Origin: an uncultured virus (IMG/VR IMGVR_UViG_3300038393_002953)
Taxonomy: Duplodnaviria; Heunggongvirae; Uroviricota; Caudoviricetes
Length of the DNA: 64,000 bases
Virus record (IMG/VR): IMGVR_UViG_3300038393_002953
Reading direction: 5' to 3' (one strand)
A program made the position numbers and the translations under genes. The notes under the pieces were generated by a model, which was not told where the DNA came from, searched no databases, and worked only from the letters and a program-made list of their open reading frames with translations. Shown here in pieces: positions 8,430 through 15,860 of this stretch. How positions within the stretch are numbered: the first letter of the stretch is position 1; every line of letters begins with the position of its first letter.

Positions 8430-8774
8430 CTAGCGGCTCGACCAGCGCGGCAGATCGATCAGTCTGGCGTCCAGGTGAACGAGGCGGTCCTCGCCGCTCA
8501 TGTTCTGGATCGCGACCTTGACCTTCGCGCCGGGGCGGTAGATGTGACGGAAGTCGGGCTCCTCGCCGGGCGCCGGGGCCTCTGCGACGGGCCTGATCCT
8601 GGCGGCGGCGGCCCCGGCGTACTCGCCGTCGTGGTAGAAGATCAGGCCCGCGCCGCCGTCGGAGCGGAAAGCGCCCTCGATGAAGCCGTAGGCGGCCTCG
8701 ACCTCGCCGATCACGCGGGTCTCGCCGCTCGGCACGGTGCCGTCGAACTGGAAGGTGTGGGGGGTCTCGCTCAT
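8430..8774 (-). CDS. Hypothetical beta-rich protein
   Basis: 114 aa, AGGAG RBS. Confidence 0.75.
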   Translation of the reverse strand: MSETPHTFQFDGTVPSGETRVIGEVEAAYGFIEGAFRSDGGAGLIFYHDGEYAGAAAARIRPVAEAPAPGEEPDFRHIYRPGAKVKVAIQNMSGEDRLVHLDARLIDLPRWSSR

Positions 8775-8778
8775 GGGG

Positions 8779-9117
8779 CTACTCCTGCTTGGTAGGGACG
8801 GGGATGGGCTGGCGGGGGACGTGGGCCTCGATCAACTCGGCGAGCGCGCGGCACTCCTCGGCGAGCTGGAGCTTGAGCTGGCGCGCATGCTCCTCGTACT
8901 CCCGATCGAGGCGGATCTGGCCGTCCAGGTTGAGGCGAAGCAGCCGGGCCTCGCTCAGGCCGAGGTTGCGGAAGGTGTCGAGCATCTGGATCATGTCGAG
9001 GACGCGATCCCGCCGCTCGCGGAACTCGCGGTCCTTGATCGTGGCGGTCGAGCGACGACGGGGCGGGTCGCCGGGAAGATCGGCGCTGAAGTCGTCGAGG
9101 GCGGTCAGGTCAGGCAT
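8779..9117 (-). CDS. Hypothetical coiled-coil protein
   Basis: 112 aa, AAGGA RBS. Confidence 0.75.
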   Translation of the reverse strand: MPDLTALDDFSADLPGDPPRRRSTATIKDREFRERRDRVLDMIQMLDTFRNLGLSEARLLRLNLDGQIRLDREYEEHARQLKLQLAEECRALAELIEAHVPRQPIPVPTKQE

Positions 9118-9427
9118 GGATCCGTTCCTTGGCGAGACGGTCGCGGTAGACGCGATCGCGGGTGTAGTCGGTGTAGTGACGCAGGCGCTCGGCGTCGAGC
9201 GGCAGCATGCGCTGGGCGTAGTCGAGCGCCTCGCGCAACGCGCGCACCTCGTCGATCAGCAGCGTCTCGCGCTTGTACATCGAGAAGAACATCTCGACGA
9301 AGGCCGGGGTCAGCTCGGGGTGGGAGACGCACTTGAGGTCCAAGGAGATCCCGCCGATCGTCTTCAGCCCGGCCAGCGCCTCCTCCCAGAGGCCGAGGTC
9401 CTGGTCGGTGATCTCGGGCCTAGGCAT
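9110..9427 (-). CDS. Hypothetical protein
   Basis: Start MPRPEIT at 9427. Confidence 0.7.
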   Translation of the reverse strand: MPRPEITDQDLGLWEEALAGLKTIGGISLDLKCVSHPELTPAFVEMFFSMYKRETLLIDEVRALREALDYAQRMLPLDAERLRHYTDYTRDRVYRDRLAKERIHA

Positions 9428-9623
9428 GGATGATCTCCCCGCGCTCGATGATGAACTTGCCGTCCTCGATGCGGCCCTCGACCACCGCCGCGTGTTCATA
9501 CTCGTTGCCGGGGTCCATGCCCATGAAGCGGGTAGTGCCGTCGGGCATGTCGATGAGCGCGCCGAAGGCGCCGTCGCCTTCCTCGGCGTGGAACCTGAAA
9601 ACGGGGTCTTGCATGGGATCCAT
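9420..9623 (-). CDS. Hypothetical protein
   Basis: 67 aa, AAGGAG RBS. Confidence 0.7.
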   Translation of the reverse strand: MDPMQDPVFRFHAEEGDGAFGALIDMPDGTTRFMGMDPGNEYEHAAVVEGRIEDGKFIIERGEIIHA

Positions 9624-9626
9624 CGT

Positions 9627-10037
9627 TCACTCCTTGATGATGCGGGCTTCGAGATGATCGGCCTCGGGCAGGATGCAGGCGCGGCGCGTGGGTCGATGCC
9701 CGGTGTCCCAGCGCGTGCCGTCGCAGCACGGGCATGGCTTGGCGTAGGCATCGGCCAGTTCGCGTGTCGCGAACATCAACATGTCGAGGTCCCAGCCGCA
9801 CTCATGGCACTCGACCGGCCAGTAGACGACCTCGCGGTAGTCCTCAGGACCCACCGGGAGGAAGTCGCGGTCCCAGTCGGCGCGCGGCGTGACCAGGCAG
9901 GAGCTGCCCTCCGCGCTCACGGTCGAGAAAACGACCCGGGGCTCATTCGTTACCAGGTCATGGCACTCCACCCGGAGCAGGACGTACCCCACCGAGGGGT
10001 CCTCAGACTTGTAGTAGCCGGGCGCTAGCGTGTCCAT
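9627..10037 (-). CDS. DUF1653-like N-terminal domain plus C-terminal Zn ribbon
   Basis: PGYYK..Y.L...CH..TNEPRVVF...VTP..W pattern; CHEC...CPCC. Confidence 0.5.
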   Translation of the reverse strand: MDTLAPGYYKSEDPSVGYVLLRVECHDLVTNEPRVVFSTVSAEGSSCLVTPRADWDRDFLPVGPEDYREVVYWPVECHECGWDLDMLMFATRELADAYAKPCPCCDGTRWDTGHRPTRRACILPEADHLEARIIKE

Positions 10038-10100
10038 CGGGGACCTCCTTCGGAGAGATGTTCTGGATCGCGTGCAGGTCGATGGGGTGGCGCTCGACGT

Positions 10101-10457
10101 TCACGCGTGCGCACCCGGCATCTTGAAGCGCCTAAGGCCCTGGAAGCCATTCATCGGCATGGTCTCGGCCACGTACTCCCAGGGACCCTGGAGCTGCGCG
10201 TAGGTGCCGGGCGGCCAGCTCTCGCCGAGCGTGGCGCAGTTGAAGCCGTGGCCGTGTATGACGACCCGGCGCACGGTCAGAGAGCCCCGGACCAGGCCCT
10301 GGTGGACGAAGAACAGGCGATCGCCGGACGCGATGTGCGAGTTCGGGCGCACGGGCCAGTTCTTGAGGTACTCGCCGGTCTCGACGTCCGCGATCTCGCG
10401 CATGAAGTCGGCCCACTTGACCGTCTTGGGGACGGTGGCGATCCACCACTGCGGCAT
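10101..10457 (-). CDS. ASCH/PUA-like domain protein
   Basis: Start MPQWWIA; GDRLFFVHQGLVRG and C-terminal PMNGFQGLR. Confidence 0.5.
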   Translation of the reverse strand: MPQWWIATVPKTVKWADFMREIADVETGEYLKNWPVRPNSHIASGDRLFFVHQGLVRGSLTVRRVVIHGHGFNCATLGESWPPGTYAQLQGPWEYVAETMPMNGFQGLRRFKMPGAHA

Positions 10458-10465
10458 AAGGCCTC

Positions 10466-10951
10466 CTAGACCGAAGCGGCCTGGCGGTTGGTGGGCGCGG
10501 GCGGGCTTTCCATCTCGGGGATCCACCAACCCGCCTTGCGGATCACGACGGGGCTGGACCACCCGGGGTAGAGCGAGTACGAAGGCGCCTCATCCGCGAG
10601 CGCGACGATCGGCGGGGTAGCCTTGCCGGAGAGTCGGAGCGCCTCGCGGGTGCGGACCTCGCGGTTGAAGTCGTCGGGTACCACCAGCTTGAGTCGCGCC
10701 ATGTCCTTGACCACCGGGAAGTGCTGGCGGATGTAGCGGATGCCGCGTTCCGAGTGCGTGACGATGTAGACGTCGGCCTCGTCGCGCTGGGCCTCGAAGA
10801 TCGCCTCCTCGACGATGGCGTGGGTCTTGCCGATGCCCCGGTGGCGCGTGCCGACGTCCACCAGTCCGTCCATGATGCGGACGGTCGTGGGCGCGAAGTC
10901 GTCGGTGTTCCAGTGCGGGCGCTCCATGGCGCGGTGCAAGAGGTGTCGCAT
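10466..10951 (-). CDS. Small P-loop NTPase-like protein
   Basis: RGIGKT Walker A-like and IVALADE Walker B-like motifs in 161 aa. Confidence 0.55.
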   Translation of the reverse strand: MRHLLHRAMERPHWNTDDFAPTTVRIMDGLVDVGTRHRGIGKTHAIVEEAIFEAQRDEADVYIVTHSERGIRYIRQHFPVVKDMARLKLVVPDDFNREVRTREALRLSGKATPPIVALADEAPSYSLYPGWSSPVVIRKAGWWIPEMESPPAPTNRQAASV

Positions 10952-10961
10952 GTCGGTCTCC

Positions 10962-11120
10962 TCAGATCAGGCCCGCGATCAACGCCAGGCTGGCGAGGAT
11001 CAGGAGCGCGGGGGGAAGGAACGCGCCGATCGCGGCCAGCGCGCGGACGTAGAACCAGTAGAGCGAGAAGATCGCCCAGGCCGCAAGGGACGTCAGCCAG
11101 GCGAGAAAGCGGTGGGTCAT
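10962..11120 (-). CDS. Small membrane protein
   Basis: Start MTHRF; two hydrophobic helices. Confidence 0.6.
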   Translation of the reverse strand: MTHRFLAWLTSLAAWAIFSLYWFYVRALAAIGAFLPPALLILASLALIAGLI

Positions 11121-11260
11121 AGCGCGCCGCGCCTCCAACCGAAGAAGAAGCCGGTGACCTCGCAATAGACCCTCCGCCCGGCGAAGAGCGCGGCTGGCAG
11201 CGCGAACGCGCCCACGGCCATGGCGACGAGGCCCAGCGCGAAGCCGTCCTCAGGCCTCAC
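11117..11260 (-). CDS. Small membrane protein (47 aa, below track cut-off)
   Basis: GTG start with GAGGT; MRPEDGFALGLVAMAVGAFALPAALFAG...; ATGA overlap with next gene. Confidence 0.55.
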   Translation of the reverse strand: MRPEDGFALGLVAMAVGAFALPAALFAGRRVYCEVTGFFFGWRRGAL

Positions 11261-11555
11261 GGTTCACCTCGGGGGCTGGCTCGCGCGGGTAGACGGGCTC
11301 CCCGGCGCCGCAGACGAAGCAAGTGGTCGGGGCCTCTCCCGCGCCGCCCGTGACCATGCGGCGCAGCCAGGCGCGATGCACGACGTACTCGCCGAGCGCC
11401 CAGGTCAGGCAGAACTCCTTGAGCATCTTGTCGAAGGCGATCGACCAGAGCGCCAGGGCCGCGATCGCCATGACCGCGAGCCCGAGGGCTAGCACGAGCG
11501 CGCAGATCGCGAGGGCCTCGTAGTGGAGCGTCGTGGCGAGAAAGGCGTTACCCAT
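11250..11555 (-). CDS. Membrane protein with C-terminal CxxC
   Basis: Long hydrophobic helix; AGGAGG RBS. Confidence 0.7.
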   Translation of the reverse strand: MGNAFLATTLHYEALAICALVLALGLAVMAIAALALWSIAFDKMLKEFCLTWALGEYVVHRAWLRRMVTGGAGEAPTTCFVCGAGEPVYPREPAPEVNREA

Positions 11556-11856
11556 CGTTCAGATCCTCCTGGCGATTGAGCCGCGCGAGCGCGGTGTTGC
11601 GGAAGCAGGCGCCTCCCTTCTCGCACTCGCTCTTGAGCAGCGCGCCCGCCAGCGCGACCTTGGCCTTCGCCAGCTCGGTCCGCAGGCTCTCCACCTCGTC
11701 CACTGCGCGCTCGACGAGCATCCGGGCGGTCGCCGGGAGCGTGCTATTGGCGGTGCCGTCCCCGGCGCGCATGAAGGGGCTCAGCGTGGCGAAGAGATCC
11801 TGCCACTCCTCCTGCGTGCCCATGTAGGCCAGCAGCTTGTCCTGTCCCTTAGACAT
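11548..11856 (-). CDS. Hypothetical protein
   Basis: 102 aa, coupled to neighbours. Confidence 0.7.
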   Translation of the reverse strand: MSKGQDKLLAYMGTQEEWQDLFATLSPFMRAGDGTANSTLPATARMLVERAVDEVESLRTELAKAKVALAGALLKSECEKGGACFRNTALARLNRQEDLNDG

Positions 11857-12166
11857 CGGCAGGGCACCCGGACTTCGGCTGCCGGGCCTCGCGGACCTTG
11901 GCCTTGAGGTCCGTCACGGCGGCCACGAGGTCGGCGTCGGCCATCTGGTGGTTGCCGACGATCGCCTTGAGCCCGGCGATGAACTCCGCGAGCATGTCGG
12001 CGCTGGCCTCGGCGCACTCGGCCCGGCGCCACTCGCCGCGCAGCTCGGCCTCCTTCTGGGTCAGAACGCGCAGGCGGCCCTGGGAGATGCGCTGGTGGTA
12101 GGCCAGCGCGGCCTTCAGCTCGGGAATCGTGCGCGGGTTCTCTGGCGGGTAGTACGGATCAGCCAT
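11849..12166 (-). CDS. Hypothetical coiled-coil protein
   Basis: MADPYY start (alternative start 12178). Confidence 0.7.
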   Translation of the reverse strand: MADPYYPPENPRTIPELKAALAYHQRISQGRLRVLTQKEAELRGEWRRAECAEASADMLAEFIAGLKAIVGNHQMADADLVAAVTDLKAKVREARQPKSGCPADV

Positions 12167-12208
12167 TGCTCGTCTCATTCATAATGTCTTTCTCCTCTGG
12201 CTTTGCCG

Positions 12209-12237
12209 ATAGTATCAGGGTCTTATCTCATTGTCAA
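12209..12237 (-). promoter_or_regulatory. Sigma70-type promoter
   Basis: TTGACA-17 nt-TACTAT. Confidence 0.75.
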
Positions 12238-12614
12238 GACCGGTCGGCCTGCTCCATCTCGCGCAGGCCCTGGATCGCAGCGGAGGGGTTCATCGAGGCG
12301 ACAGCGAAGACGCGCTCGACATCGGCCAGGCCCTCCTCGAAGCGCTTACTGCCCTCTCCATGGAAGTAGGCGAGCGACTCGTCGAGCGCCTTCTCGTTGT
12401 CGGGGTTGGGCGCCTGGCGGTAGACGTTCGCGGCGTCGGCGACGGCGCCGGAGGCGTCGAGCAGCGCGTTGAACAGCTCGAAGACGATCTCCTTGCGGCG
12501 CACGTCCAGCTCGAAGGCCGCGACCTGGCGCTGCAACTCGGCGTTGGCCTGGCGCATCTCGGCGAGCTGCTTCTTGAGCTTCTCGACGTAGCCCTGGTTC
12601 TTGCCGCCGCTCAC
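12234..12614 (-). CDS. Hypothetical coiled-coil protein
   Basis: 126 aa, GTGA overlap. Confidence 0.75.
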   Translation of the reverse strand: MSGGKNQGYVEKLKKQLAEMRQANAELQRQVAAFELDVRRKEIVFELFNALLDASGAVADAANVYRQAPNPDNEKALDESLAYFHGEGSKRFEEGLADVERVFAVASMNPSAAIQGLREMEQADRS

Positions 12615-12802
12615 CGGGAGAACCCCATGGACTGGCGCAGATCGGCGATGCGGCCTAGCGCGGCCAGCTTGGCCGAAGCGTCGATCGAGTAGTTCGGCGT
12701 GCCGATCATCGCGACCTCTCGCTCGATGTCGTCGATCATGTCCTTGATGGTGAGGTTCTCCGGCCTGATCTCGGGCATGCCGGTCTCGGTGTACACGCTC
12801 AT
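12611..12802 (-). CDS. Hypothetical protein
   Basis: 63 aa, AAGGAGG RBS. Confidence 0.7.
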   Translation of the reverse strand: MSVYTETGMPEIRPENLTIKDMIDDIEREVAMIGTPNYSIDASAKLAALGRIADLRQSMGFSR

Positions 12803-12811
12803 GGGTCCTCC

Positions 12812-13477
12812 TTAGCGCAGCTTCTGGACGTGCGGGGCAGCCAGATCGATGTGGGTGGTCAGCTTGCGGAGCAGCTCGGCGACGTAGGTACCGCCGTCGT
12901 GCCCGGCGTACTGGGCGATCGCCTCGCGCAGCCTGTCGGGCGGGAAGATCCGGAAGAATTCGGTCATCAGGGTCGCGATCTCATGGAACGAGGCGGGCAC
13001 GCCCTCGGCGCCCGCGCGCTCCTCCTCCTCGCGGACGCGCCGCGCGAGCGAGGCGACGAATCGCCAGTTGGGCGGCTCGCTCTCGCGCCAGATCGCCTCG
13101 ACGACGGTCTCGACGCGCATCTGCCCGTTGCCGTCCTCCCAGACCTCGATCAGCCCGGCTTCCGGGGGCAGCTCGTGGGGCTCGACGAGGCCCTTGGGCG
13201 TCACGAAATAGAACTGGCTGGAGAGGAAGACGGCCATGCGCCGCTTCAGCGGGGTCTTGATCTCGACCAGGAAGTCCGCGCGGCTGGTCTTGATCTCGTA
13301 GGCCACTCGCGCGAGACCCTCCTGCGGGCGGCAGTTGATCGCCAGCGCGTCCAATCGGCTCTCGGAGGTCGGGCCCTGGCCGACGCCCGCGCGGAACTCC
13401 TCGAAGAAGACCCACTCGTGCCGGGGGTGCCGTGCCCGCAGCGCGCGCATGATCTCGGCGGCGGTGAGGCGGGCCAT
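12812..13477 (-). CDS. MmcB-like PD-(D/E)xK nuclease-fold protein
   Basis: Start MARLTAAEI; RLDALA..VAYEIKTSRADF..QFYFVTP..ELPPEAGLI. Confidence 0.7.
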   Translation of the reverse strand: MARLTAAEIMRALRARHPRHEWVFFEEFRAGVGQGPTSESRLDALAINCRPQEGLARVAYEIKTSRADFLVEIKTPLKRRMAVFLSSQFYFVTPKGLVEPHELPPEAGLIEVWEDGNGQMRVETVVEAIWRESEPPNWRFVASLARRVREEEERAGAEGVPASFHEIATLMTEFFRIFPPDRLREAIAQYAGHDGGTYVAELLRKLTTHIDLAAPHVQKLR

Positions 13478-13479
13478 GC

Positions 13480-13701
13480 TCAGCGCAGGTAGTCGGCCAT
13501 CATGCCCAGTACCAGGGCGATCGTGGCCTCGCGCTCGCCCTCCTGGAGCGCGGCGCGCATGGTGAAGCCGTCGCCCCGGGTCTCGCCCAGCGGCGCGAGC
13601 GTCTGTTGGCACTTGATAATGAATGCCTCGTGCTGGACGGCGATGTCGCGCCAGCCCTTCGACTGTTTCTCGTAGAAGTCCTGGGTGGTGGGCGCGCTCA
13701 T
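13480..13701 (-). CDS. Hypothetical protein
   Basis: 73 aa, GAGG RBS, first gene of leftward arm. Confidence 0.7.
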   Translation of the reverse strand: MSAPTTQDFYEKQSKGWRDIAVQHEAFIIKCQQTLAPLGETRGDGFTMRAALQEGEREATIALVLGMMADYLR

Positions 13702-13740
13702 CGCTTACCTCATTCGTTATGCATGGGTGGTACGAGGAGA

Positions 13741-13770
13741 ACTATACCCGAAAAACCCAGTTTCTGTCAA
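13741..13770 (-). promoter_or_regulatory. Leftward sigma70-type promoter
   Basis: TTGACA-18 nt-TATAGT. Confidence 0.7.
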
Positions 13771-13804
13771 CGATTCGAGCCGCGCGGGTCGTCCATAACG
13801 ATTG

Positions 13805-13813
13805 TGCTATGAT
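13805..13813 (+). promoter_or_regulatory. Rightward extended -10 promoter
   Basis: TG-C-TATGAT 20 nt before the ATG at 13834. Confidence 0.55.
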
Positions 13814-13833
13814 GGGGTTGAGAGGTTCAGGAT

Positions 13834-14247
13834 ATGAGCGAGATTCCACCCCTTCCGCGCTACCCTGACCACCCTGAGTTCAACGTCCAGGAGTTCTTCT
13901 TTCACGAACACCGCCCGCTGGTCGCGCGGGTCGCCTCAGCCGAGGACAATACCCGTTTCCTGGGCTTGCAGATCGAAGAAGTCAACGAGGCCCTGTTCCA
14001 CCAGAAGCTCGTCGCGGAGGAAACGACCGACGACCTGGCGCTCCTGAAGCTGCTGAACGAAGAACTGAACGAACGCGTCAAGCGTCTGGAGGCGAGGCTT
14101 CCGGACGAGAGCGTCGTCATCAGGCTGGTCCCCCCAACGTGTCCTCCTCGGCTCGCTGAGCGGCCCGGCGGACCGGGCGTGCTGAACCGCGCCGTCAGGT
14201 GGTTGTCCCAATGGCTAAGCACTACAAAACCGAATACGAGCCGGTGA
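13834..14247 (+). CDS. Hypothetical coiled-coil protein
   Basis: 137 aa, GAGG RBS. Confidence 0.65.
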   Translation: MSEIPPLPRYPDHPEFNVQEFFFHEHRPLVARVASAEDNTRFLGLQIEEVNEALFHQKLVAEETTDDLALLKLLNEELNERVKRLEARLPDESVVIRLVPPTCPPRLAERPGGPGVLNRAVRWLSQWLSTTKPNTSR

Positions 14248-14615
14248 TCGACGAGCATCGCCTGGTGCAGCTGCTGCTGTATCAGGGCGATCTGCGCACG
14301 CTGGCCGAGTTCCTCGATCCCCAGAACACCCAGGACATGAAGATGGATCTGGAGCGCGAGCTGAAACCGGCGCTTGAGGCGCTGGCCCGTCTCAGCCACA
14401 AGAAACAAGAGCGTATCCGCATCTACCTGCTGGGTCTCCAGGGTCGCATGTCTCAGGAAGAGCAAGCGGCCTACCTGAAGACGTCCCAACCCAACATCAC
14501 GCGAGACTTCAAGCGCGCCGTCAAGAGCCTGATCCGGGAGATGGGCCCGGAGGCGCAGGCGAAGCCTTCGAGGAAGAAGACCCCACAGGATGACGCTCCT
14601 CATGACGCCCAATAA
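14211..14615 (+). CDS. Sigma70 region-4-like HTH transcription regulator
   Basis: ALARLSHKKQ...MSQEEQAAYLKTSQPNITRDFKRAVKSL matches the sigma4/ArpU-like HTH pattern. Confidence 0.7.
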   Translation: MAKHYKTEYEPVIDEHRLVQLLLYQGDLRTLAEFLDPQNTQDMKMDLERELKPALEALARLSHKKQERIRIYLLGLQGRMSQEEQAAYLKTSQPNITRDFKRAVKSLIREMGPEAQAKPSRKKTPQDDAPHDAQ

Positions 14616-14985
14616 CGACGTCCTCCAAGAGTTCCCGGCCCTGGCCGCCGCGATAGCCGAGATGGATCGCGCCGAGCGCAAGGCGCGGAAGGCCATCGAG
14701 AGGTACGAGGTGCCTTACGGCCATGACGCGCCGATCTGGGCCACGATCGACACCAACGGCGAGCGCGTCAGCACCCACGAGTGGTTCGTGAAGATGCCCT
14801 CCGACGCGCTGACCGACCGGCTGGATCAGGCCCAGAAGTACCTCCTGGCGATCGCCTCCGAGATTCGGCGGACGCCAGAGGGCACCGAGCGCCACGTCGA
14901 GCTGCGCCGCCGCCACGCCGAGCAGAACGAGAAGATCAACGTGATCCAGCTCCTGCTGCTCCATCCCCAGTTGATGGACACCTAG
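14590..14985 (+). CDS. Hypothetical protein
   Basis: 131 aa (alternative start 14602). Confidence 0.7.
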   Translation: MTLLMTPNNDVLQEFPALAAAIAEMDRAERKARKAIERYEVPYGHDAPIWATIDTNGERVSTHEWFVKMPSDALTDRLDQAQKYLLAIASEIRRTPEGTERHVELRRRHAEQNEKINVIQLLLLHPQLMDT

Positions 14986-14987
14986 TC

Positions 14988-15632
14988 ATGCCCCTACCCT
15001 ACCCCGACGAAGACGAAGACCGCGACGACGATGACCTCGAAGGCGAGGAGGGCGGGCAAGAGCCCGACCTGGACGCGCTCGAATCGGTCATGACCCCCGG
15101 CATCCGCCCGGGGGCTTTCGAGCGTCACCTGGGCGGCCAGTGGGACCCCTCGAAGGGCTTCCCGGAGGGCTCGGGCTACGGCGAGCAGCTCGAAGGCTTG
15201 CGCAACCCCGGCGTGATCACCGAGGAGGAGCTGGAGGAGGCATTCCGGCTCTTCGACGCCGATCCGCACACCGAGACGCGCAAGGACCTCATGCGCCTCT
15301 ACCTCGCCGAGAAGAAGCTGATCCAGGATCTGAACACCCGGCTCTCCCGGGACATGACGGTCAAGCAGCGCGGCGAGCTGAACAAGATCAAGAACGACTC
15401 CATGAAGAGCCTCATGGGCCTGACCGAGGCGCTCAAGATCCAGCCCAAGCAGGCCAAGGACGACGCGGACCGCGAGAACGTCGCGACGCTCTCGCAGATG
15501 TACGAGGAGTTCAAGCGCGCGCGCGAGGCCGATCCGAAGTTCAAGAAGGGCCCCAAGGGCGACCCCTACGGATTGAAGGCGCTGATCGAGGAGCGCAAGA
15601 GCAAGGCCAGTGTGGACATCGAAAATGAATGA
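14988..15632 (+). CDS. Putative terminase small subunit
   Basis: Start MPLPYP at 14988; helical, acidic N-terminus; two genes upstream of TerL (call by position). Confidence 0.45.
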   Translation: MPLPYPDEDEDRDDDDLEGEEGGQEPDLDALESVMTPGIRPGAFERHLGGQWDPSKGFPEGSGYGEQLEGLRNPGVITEEELEEAFRLFDADPHTETRKDLMRLYLAEKKLIQDLNTRLSRDMTVKQRGELNKIKNDSMKSLMGLTEALKIQPKQAKDDADRENVATLSQMYEEFKRAREADPKFKKGPKGDPYGLKALIEERKSKASVDIENE

Positions 15633-15858
15633 CCTCTTGCTCAGGGCGCTGCGCCGCCCCTTCTACCGCACCACCGACCCCGAGAAGGCCACGCTTCCCT
15701 GGGTGGTCTATCGATTGGACAGCGAGGGCGTCTACACGCTCTCGCCCCTCGGCGTGCTGAACGGCCTGCTCAACAAGGTCGGGCTGGTCCTCGTCGTCAC
15801 CGTCAACCCCGACACCCAGACCCACGAGCGCATCGACCTGCGCCGCAAGTGGTGGTAG
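15625..15858 (+). CDS. Hypothetical protein
   Basis: 77 aa between TerS candidate and TerL. Confidence 0.65.
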   Translation: MNDLLLRALRRPFYRTTDPEKATLPWVVYRLDSEGVYTLSPLGVLNGLLNKVGLVLVVTVNPDTQTHERIDLRRKWW

Positions 15859-15860
15859 CC

